A stretch of DNA of 63,829 nt, the filler included, from Reticulomyxa filosa (Eukaryota > Protista > Foraminifera), in NCBI GenBank assembly GCA_000512085.1. It is 19 parts of 19 records of this genome, joined end to end, with 100 filler letters (N's around TTAATTAATTAA, not from the genome) between each part and the next. Parts side by side here need not be neighbours in the genome. Positions count along the whole stretch, not along the records: positions 50,486 to 56,271 come from ASPP01033497.1; positions 56,372 to 59,320 come from ASPP01020118.1; positions 59,421 to 61,065 come from ASPP01009738.1; positions 61,166 to 62,725 come from ASPP01025304.1; positions 62,826 to 63,829 come from ASPP01020174.1; 14 more parts are not named here. One strand, given 5' to 3'. Shown here one piece after another: positions 55,005 to 63,829 of this stretch (the stretch's first letter is position 1; the number at the start of each line of letters is the position of its first letter). The translations under genes and the position numbers were made by a program. Under the pieces are notes generated by a model, which was given only the letters and a program-made list of their open reading frames with translations, made no database searches and had not been told where the DNA came from.

Positions 55005-55667
55005 CTCCCTTTTTTTTTGTTCATATGTGCTTCACTTGTCTACATTTTCAACCCCCTTTTCTTGTGGCTGTTGATAATATACCCCCTTTTTTTTCCAAGC
55101 TTTTTGTTTTTCAGTCTTGGTTCACATTTTTGTTAAATAGCAGTCCATTGTGTTTCTGAAATGAAAACCTACAGAAATCAATTGGTTGCTTACTTTTCAT
55201 ACTCACAAATTAGTACTATTCTTCTTTTGCCATTTTTGGAAAAAAAACAACTGCATTTCATTTTGAACAACCAGGAAAGGTATAATAAAAACTAAAAGCA
55301 ATATTCAAAAACTGCAATATTACACTTACAACTCTGTGCCTAGCTTCTTGCACCATTTTGAATAAATTTTGCTTATGCTCAATCTTTTTTCCAAGGAGGA
55401 ATGGTATATTTTTGAGGAGTATTGTTTTTTTACGTGTCGTTTATACTTAAAAGAAAACAAATAATGAAATTGCTCTGCCAACGAAAGGCAAAAACTTAAA
55501 GAAGCAGACAAAAAAAGAAGTGAAAAATCAAACCATAAAAAGAAGCACGTCAACTTCTTTTAAGTACCACAAAATAGTGACCCCCACTACCCTTTCCCTC
55601 ATGCAACCTTAAAAATTTTTTTTTATTATTTTTATTTTTTAAAAAAGAAATTGTAAGAACAAAAAGT

Positions 55668-56198
55668 TTACAGATCGTGTTCCTGTTTGGCACTGACAAT
55701 TTCTTGTGATTTGACCAAAGTGGAGTACATTCCGTTTAAGTCCATAAGCTGTTCGTGAGTTCCCATTTCGTCAATTTCGCCGTCCACCAAGACCATAATG
55801 TTGTCACTTCGAGTGATTGTGGACAAACGGTGCGCAATGGTGATGATTGTGTGACTCTTGTGTGCAGATATGTTGTCCAAAGCTTTTTGGACTTCTCTTT
55901 CGGATTTAGTATCTAAGGCACTGGTTGCCTCGTCCAACAATAAGATGCTTGGTCTGTAGACTAAAGCACGAGCAATACTGATGCGTTGTTTTTGTCCTCC
56001 ACTCAAGCGTCCTCCCATGGAACCTACTTTTGTCTTATAGCCGTCAGGGAGTTTCAATATAAATTCATGTGCGTCCGCCAATTTACACGCCTCAACTACA
56101 TCCTCCAGGGAAACATTTGTGTTACCCGCACGGACATTTTCTTCGACTGTGGTATCAAATAGCAATGGTGTTTGTGACACATAGCCAATTTGAGAACG
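55668..56198 (-). CDS. ABCB/MDR-type ABC transporter nucleotide-binding domain, 5'-partial
   Basis: IGYVSQTPLLF, LSGGQKQRISIARAL, LLLDEATSALD, IAHRLSTI, GTHEQLM. Confidence 0.95.
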   Translation of the reverse strand, partial: RSQIGYVSQTPLLFDTTVEENVRAGNTNVSLEDVVEACKLADAHEFILKLPDGYKTKVGSMGGRLSGGQKQRISIARALVYRPSILLLDEATSALDTKSEREVQKALDNISAHKSHTIITIAHRLSTITRSDNIMVLVDGEIDEMGTHEQLMDLNGMYSTLVKSQEIVSAKQEHDL

Positions 56199-57999
56199 CT
56201 ATTTTTTTTAAATTTACAAAAAAAAAAAAAAAAGGAGTTTACATAATTTTATGTTTGTTTTTTTTTTAGATNNNNNNNNNNNNNNNNNNNNNNNNNNNNN
56301 NNNNNNNNNNNNNNNTTAATTAATTAANNNNNNNNNNNNNNNNNNNNNNNNNNNNNNNNNNNNNNNNNNNNTTTTTTGAGTGTACGGTTTTTTTGCAAGA
56401 TATGTAGTATCTTTTTTTTAAAGACAAAAAATTATATCATATTTATAAATATATCTCATGAATATATTAAACAAAAAAGAAATTTAAAACATTTGACAGA
56501 ATTAGCATTAACAAAAATTAATGATATTGTAATTAAATTTGTTAATAAAATAATTAAAAAATATATTATTGTTTAAGTTACATTTATATATAATTAAAAC
56601 AAAATTTTGAAATATAAAATAGTATAAATATTATATTTATATTATTTGTGATAATAATCATGCAAGTTGCTGATTTTGTATTATACTTAAAAAAAAATTG
56701 AAATACATTTACTTAAAACATACATGTCACTATAAGCATTATACAATGAAAAAAATTAAATTCAGCTTTATTTTTTTTTATTTATCAAAATTTTACAGTT
56801 TGACATATACTTATTCACAAAAAACTTGAAAAACATTTGCCTAAAAAAAACTTGATATTTTAATTAAAATTAGAATGCAAAAAGATAATAATAAAAGAAA
56901 ATTTTGTGCAACAATACATAAAAACGCAATTCTATAAATGTAAACTAACAAAAATTTTTAAAAATAAAATACATTTTGAAACAATTGAAAATTATAATTT
57001 TTTTAAACAAAAAAAATGTTTATTTTTCAAATCATATTCATAATGTATTTTTCGTATACGTAATAAATGATACCATTTGTTACTATTATTCGAATATAAG
57101 TCAATACAATATGTAAAATTTTATCTTGGCAATGTAATATTTGACAAACTATACTTATTCCAGTGAAAATATGTAAATGTGAAAATCAGTTTAATCACAA
57201 GTATTTACTACAATCATTGACTAATACAAAATATCTTGTGCAAGTCCAATTGAAAATGTTAATTTCAATGTCATTGTGAAAGCAATTACATATAATAATT
57301 GCAAATTGTTGTATATATTTATACTTGTCAATGTAATTTGAATATATTACTCAATTCATTAGTTTCTTCATTACACACATAATGTATTTAATACAAGTTG
57401 TATTAAAATAATTTATTTCAAGTAATATTTGTCTATTTGTCGCAATACAGTTTGATATTCATTTACACATAATAGCATAAAGTGCTATTTATGTCCAATC
57501 GCAATTACTACATTTAACACAATACAAATTAAATATTAGCTTTTCACGCGTTATTAAATATAATGACTGAATAACTTTATGTAGAACTTCAACTCGTTGA
57601 CTTATTCCAACAAACATGTCGTCACTACATCCTCAACGTAGTTTAGTCATGTGCGTGCCAATAAATCTATTGATGCGTCATAATATATTCTTTGTAGTGT
57701 TTTTTTTTTAAAGTCCCTATTTGCAAGCCTTACAAAAAAATCTCTTCATTAATGGATAACATCTTTAATGTCATTGTGTATGTGGTGTGTTGATAAATAT
57801 TAAATATTATGTTTATCCAGACTGATTCCAGTTTGATTACCCTTACTTAGTAATATTGCATTTTTATTTCCGCAGTACATTTGACAATATTACATTGCTT
57901 ATCATTTATCTACAACTATCTCAGCTCGACACAAATGAGTTTTGAGGTAAAGCCAGTAAAACGCCAAAAAATCCTCGGAATTGTCATAAAAAGTGACTA

Positions 58000-59289
58000 A
58001 TGGCTTTAATCACTCGCCGCACTGATGGAACCTCAGAACAAAAAATATTGACATTTGAAAAAGATTTGCGGGTGAATTTGTCTCGATTTTTCTTGTTGTG
58101 CTTTTGTTGGTTGAAGAAGTTTGACAGCTGTTTTGTTTTGTTTTGTTTTTTCTTTCCCTTGCGTGGCTTGGTTTCGCAGCACGCCTACAATCCATTATAT
58201 GAGCGTTTGGAAAAGGGGGTATCATTGCTGGACAACTTGGCGACAATGTTACATCTGCGCATTGAATCAGACACAGAGATGGTGCGAGGATTGCAAAAAG
58301 TGTTGAGTCGTATGGATTCGCCAATAGGCGAAAGCGGAACTGTCAAAGACGCGTTTGACGCAATCAAGGCCGACATTAAGAATGAGTACACTTCCAGGCA
58401 TTAAAAAAAGCTGCACAATATATAAAACAAAAATTGTATCTTGTATGATTTTCACGTGAGCACAAAAACTTAAAAACTTAAATAAAAGAACGGAGCATAT
58501 CAACGCATTGACGGATGACGTGTATAAGCCATTGGTAGAATTGAGAGAACATTACGCTCAAAACAACAAACGAGTTGAGGAACAACAATAAGAGAAGCAA
58601 TAACAACACAACAACAACAAAAAAAAAAAAAAAAAAAGAAATGTTCGATCATATAAATTCGAATAGTTTGCGCAAAGGGTGAAACAAAATACCAAGTTGT
58701 TAGAGGCGTCTTTTGCAAAGAGAAAAAAAGTTGGACTGAAATATGAAAAAGGTAAAACACTTTATTTGCTTGTGTTAAAACAATACATAAGTTTTGAAAA
58801 ATAAATAAATAAATAAATACATGTATGTAATATGTATATGTATTTATTTATTTTTCAAAACTTGTCAGCAACACAAGACGTGATTGCCAATCGCAATCAG
58901 TTAGCAAATGCAAAAAAAGAAGGCACGTTGACATCGTCACAGATCGTCAAAGTTAAATACGAATATAGTCGTTGTGTCTTTGAATTGCATAAAACAGATA
59001 ACAAATAAAACAAATACAAAGTTGGAAACAAAAGTGAAGACGGCAACAGAGAACCAACAGCAGTGGAAAGAAAGATACGAAAAAGAACAAGACAGTTTAG
59101 CACGAGAAAAGGTGCATTTTTACGACGAAATGACCGCTGTGTTGCAAGGAATGGAAGCAAATGAGCTAACGAGACTGCAGACGGTCGGAGATTGTCTTCG
59201 CAAATGGGCTGTGTTTACGACCAATGTGTGTGCAAATCGTAGTTATGACATTCAGTCATTGGCCGAAATTATGTCATTAATCAGACCAG
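58000..59289 (+). CDS. F-BAR (FCH) domain protein, 6 exons seen, 3'-partial
   Basis: FEKDLR|HAYNPLYERLEKG..LATMLHLRIESDTEMVRGLQKV..GESGTVKDAF..; VLQGMEANELTRLQTVGDCL. Confidence 0.75.
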
Positions 59290-60987
59290 TTTCAATCTTT
59301 TTTTTTTTTTTTTTTTTTTTNNNNNNNNNNNNNNNNNNNNNNNNNNNNNNNNNNNNNNNNNNNNTTAATTAATTAANNNNNNNNNNNNNNNNNNNNNNNN
59401 NNNNNNNNNNNNNNNNNNNNTTTTTATTTTTTTATTTTTTTATTTTTTTATTTTTTTATTTTTTGTTTTGTTTTTGTTTTTTGCTTGTGTTTAGTTTTCT
59501 TTCCCTCTTTGCTTTTTTTTCCTCTCGCTATTAATATACCAAGCCACACAATTCCAGTCCTCTACACTCCTCGACGGGTTCACTACTGACTCTACCAGTT
59601 CACGTTTTTCCTCCTCTCCGTCACCATTCTGCCCAGTCCCATCCCATACAGAAAATTTCACGCGTTTATGCAAAGGTATTTTTAATTATTTTTTTCAAAA
59701 AAGGTACCATATTGAGCAGCACTTTTGGTATTAGTAGTCTCGAAATGTTGATAAAGTAAGTGCCCTTGCGGAACTCGCCAACTTCTAGTGTTTTTAAGTT
59801 TTTTGTAAGAAAGAAAATTAAGCTTAGACAGTGAGAAGGTGGTAATATTCCGAGGGAAGTGAAAAGGATACTAAGTAAATTTGTGGTCTTGAGTGTATTT
59901 GACCAGGCAGCAAATGATATGTCTTTCATCCAATCAAATGACGTGACACACTCATCCGGTGCAGATGACAAAAAGAAGTCTTTTAAAAATCGTGTGTTGT
60001 CGAACATGCATATAAAATTAGTGTGCCTTCCCTAGATGAGCCTTTTTCTTATTTTACTTTTTTTTGGTTGCTAATTCTCTTTCTTTATTCAAAGTATATT
60101 GTAAATGGGAGTATGAAAATGTTATCATATCCAACGGTTTTTTCAATGTTCCAAACAATTTCACAAAAAAAGAATTATGTGTATAAATTTAATTTTTCTC
60201 AATTATTTTTAAATGTATTATTTCATATCTATAGTATCTTTGGGAAAAAAATGAACGAAACAATGAAACAAATTCAAAGAAACACAACCCACTCATACAA
60301 TTTCATATGTTATCTTCAACGCCACACCTTCAAAAAAAAAATAATGTTACAATTATAATTCTTGTGAAGGTTTTGGTGGAAGATATACAGCTTGGTTAAA
60401 GTCATGTGGTGATTCAATAGCACTTAAATCGTCTTCCAATAACAATTCATCATTATCCACATTTGGCAATGCACTTACATAAACTTGTTTATTATATGTT
60501 TTTGTTTTTAATTTGTCATCATCTTTTGGTTTCATAAACTTGTCAGCAAAGTTCTATTTATATTTATATATCACATTGTTTTATTTTTAAAAAACAAACA
60601 AGCAAGGTGATTATCTTAACAGCCAATTTTTCTCTTGCATTTGTACTCAAAGAGTCAAATTTTTGTTTTAAAGATTGATTTTGATTGGTATTGGTATTGG
60701 ATGACTGTGGATTCGTAGTGTCTTTGTCAACATCAGTATCAGGAAGTACTTGATAATTTGAAGAAATTGTTTGAGAATTTTTGCGTTTAAATAAATTTGA
60801 AATTTGAAATGTGTTGTTATTGTCGTTATGCTGAGAAGATTGTGTCTCACTATCTTGTTTGGAAGCAAGATCATTAGTGTTTGCTGTATTTTTTGTCAGT
60901 TCTGAACGAGGTACTGAATTGTTCGATTCGCTTTGGTCATTTACTTTTTGTGATTGTACTTCAATTGGTTTGTTCTATGTTTGTTAT

Positions 60988-61018
<31 letters not shown>

Positions 61019-61209
61019 GTGTATATATTATAATATTATTTATCCACAAAATCAAACCACACATANNNNNNNNNNNNNNNNNNNNNNNNNNNNNNNNNNN
61101 NNNNNNNNNTTAATTAATTAANNNNNNNNNNNNNNNNNNNNNNNNNNNNNNNNNNNNNNNNNNNNTTGTTCTTCTTTTTAAACGAGTTTGACTTTTGGAA
61201 AAAAGAGAG

Positions 61210-61890
61210 AAATGGCGGAGACCACCTTACCAAGTAATAACGACACATATTGCAAACTATCACATTTTGGACTATACCCGAAAAAGTTGACTGCTCGTAA
61301 ACAATTTTTCCCTCCCCTTTTCGTTTTTGTGTGATTGCTACATATCATGTTTGCAAATATGTAAATATTCAGAGGGACTTAATTGAGTGTCCAGCTTTAT
61401 AACAGATGAAAACAATTGGTTCAATCAAATACGAGCCAAAATATTAGCACCAAACGCTTGCATTCACGAGCAAGGCAAAAACATTTACTCCGAGTACACC
61501 AAAGCAGCAACTGTGCCAGTGGTTGCAGTAATTATAATAATAGCAGCTACCTTTGTGATGTTGTTGCTGATGGCTATTGCCTGGCGTTCTAGGAACCCTT
61601 ATCAAACAGACTGGTTCAAGGAGCAACGATGGATTACCTGCTTTGTATTACATTTCCTGTTGTTGCCTTTAAGTTCAGTGCGTTCTGTCATAATCGATCC
61701 GATTTTATTTTGGCAGCTGCAGCTTTTATCCACATCGACTTCATACAACACTTGTTTGCTGGCTTTGCTTTGGCCAACAATTGAATTACACAAATTACTG
61801 CACTCGGATTATTTCTCACTTTTTTTGTATACGTACTTTGCAGGTCCCTCATTCCAAGAAATTTTGGTATTTTTTTTTTTTGTAAGTTGA
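61210..61890 (+). CDS. Hypothetical multi-pass membrane protein
   Basis: 167-codon ORF with several hydrophobic stretches; upstream ATG exon. Confidence 0.4.
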
Positions 61891-63829
61891 AAATCAAAAA
61901 TGAAATTCCACTTACAAATGCTGGTGCTGAAAACACACAACCACAAGGCAATAAGGGTGTTGAACTTGCTTTACAAGATTTCACTGCAGTTTATTATTTT
62001 TTGATCCAATAACAGCAACAATAATAAAAAAATGTTTTAATATTGAGAGAGAAAAAAAAAAGATTGGGTGATGTTTTGTGCAATAGGTGGAAACTTCACT
62101 GCATGATACTGGAGACCTCATAGACTTTGGCAAATCATGAGGACAAAAAGAGAGCGCATGATTCAACACTTTAAGATGTTTGGGAAACTGTGTTGATATT
62201 TTTGGGTGCGCATGCATTGTCTTTGCTCAATGCGCTCCTTGTATGGTACTCGCCTTGTTTTGCTGCTAATTATTTAGCTTGCAAAACGTAAAAAGTATTT
62301 AATGTTTGGATCACTTGCATGTGAAACGACATGTCGATGATGGGGGTGGGGGGAAGGAAAGGATTTGGTTGGCCTTTTTACGGCTGGGGATTGGATTTAG
62401 GCTTTGCATTCGGAAAATTTTTTTTTATGTATATGAAAGGCTTCTATTTCCTTGTTTTAACCCAATTTTACCAACTTGATGGTTATTTGCGAGCATTATC
62501 GTAATTCTGCTTTTTTCAACATAATCGAAATTATTCTCTTTGACAAACAAAACAGTCAATTTCAATCTTATATTCGCTTAATTTTTTTTGCTTGATTTAT
62601 CGCATGTTTTTCCTTTGGAACAAGAAGACTAACAAATTATTGTTCAAGATAACTAAAGAAAATACAACTGTAGTCCGGAATTTACACTAAGGGTGGCAAA
62701 TACATTAAGTAAGATTCATTAGCTTNNNNNNNNNNNNNNNNNNNNNNNNNNNNNNNNNNNNNNNNNNNNTTAATTAATTAANNNNNNNNNNNNNNNNNNN
62801 NNNNNNNNNNNNNNNNNNNNNNNNNTTATTGTTGTTTATTGCTTGGACCGATTCATCGTCAAATAATCAAAAGTACAAATTTGTTTTTAGCAGAAAGACG
62901 TATACCAACTCATTTCGAGTATTGCAACGTAAATTTGTTCATATATTAGGTATTTGGTTGGATGCATCATTTCAAAAATCAACATGACTATATCGAAAAT
63001 CAATGCCACTGTAAATGTTGTGCAAGTTACTACTTTCATTTCTTCTATTTTTTTTTATTTATTTTTTTTTTTTTTCAAATCCAAACGAATACACGCATTA
63101 TTACATTATTACGTAAGTGAATGTGTGTTTGATAATGTCACTCATAATAACTTATCAATTTGAAGGCGTCGTACAGCTGAGGCTTCAGTCTCAAAAAAAA
63201 AATGTACCAGCTCCCAAATACTGGAGTAACACCCAGCACGTCAATTATGACCATAGCCCACACACGATTGGGTATCCATGCCGACACAATCCTTTTTTTT
63301 TTTTTTAATTAGACTAGGTGTGTGTGTGTGTGCATGTATGTATGTTTGTTTGTTTTTTTTTTTTTAAAAAAAAAGAGGGATGCACACAACAAAAAATTAA
63401 AAAAATAAAAAGGTACATAAATATAAACGAAGGTGTAAAAATACATACCACAGCGACAGACACGAGCAAATGACGTAGCAAATGAGCCGTGGGACCCACC
63501 ATTGAGTATTTCCCCAAGTTTTACGATTACGAATAAACCAGCTAAGCTTTGTGGAATTGGCTTTGCTCCCTACCAAACTGTCCAGTCTCAAGCCTTTTTG
63601 AAATGAATATTGCACTAATGCTTGATGATACATTTGATCATAATACAACAAATATGACCTTTATTTCCATACACACACACATGCATGTACATTTCACTCA
63701 TTGTACAGTCGCATTTGTTCTTTCATTCAAAAAAAAAAAATGTACAAATATGATCGGTCCATTTTTTTTTTTTTTTTTTTTTTTTGTAATAAAATTTAAA
63801 AAAGGGGGAGGGAAAGAAAAAAAAAAAAA

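Noticed and set aside
55668-56198. ABCB NBD ending shortly after the domain, suggesting a split P-glycoprotein
   Set aside because: The 5' part is cut by the contig end, and the sequence is compatible with an ordinary half transporter or a terminal NBD
56372-57900. Long very AT-rich region
   Set aside because: No ORF, inverted repeat or RNA gene could be supported by eye
57934-58071. Possible MSFE first exon plus micro-exon in the F-BAR gene
   Set aside because: There is no in-phase AG, and the ATG at 58000 gives FEKDLR directly
14654-62825. Regularly recurring TTAATTAATTAA flanked by Ns, which looks like a repeat array or a chromosome-end/excision signal
   Set aside because: It is an exact 100-nt artificial six-frame-stop linker, so adjacency across these spacers carries no biological meaning

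Overview
This is AT-rich eukaryotic (protist) genomic DNA, and it is not one locus. It is about 19 unrelated contigs joined by 18 artificial 100-nt spacers (N44-TTAATTAATTAA-N44). The gene-family content (decayed NACHT and kelch copies, a CUE/PUB-like family, 7TM proteins, short AT-rich introns) resembles the foraminiferan Reticulomyxa filosa; this is inference only. Manual splicing recovers MON2, a PA28/PSME3 proteasome activator, a CDK10/11-like kinase, a chorein-N (VPS13/BLTP) gene, a kinesin, a mitochondrial-type EF-Tu paralog, an F-box/ARM protein, CEP131 and DRC7 (head-to-head, 121 bp apart), PhoD, a RING-H2 ligase, an ABCB NBD, an F-BAR protein, several pseudogenes and a 613-bp TA-flanked MITE. 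The main points of interest are: (1) an intact-looking EF-Tu paralog that has lost both GTPase-catalytic and aminoacyl-tRNA-binding residues; (2) introns with poly(A) instead of polypyrimidine 3' ends, very degenerate donors and palindromic TACA/TGTA hairpins; (3) a divergent pair of ciliary genes; (4) a RING with a Cys-to-Glu zinc ligand; (5) frequent single-base frameshifts in otherwise conserved genes, most likely homopolymer sequencing error. All homology calls come from recalled motifs, not database searches.
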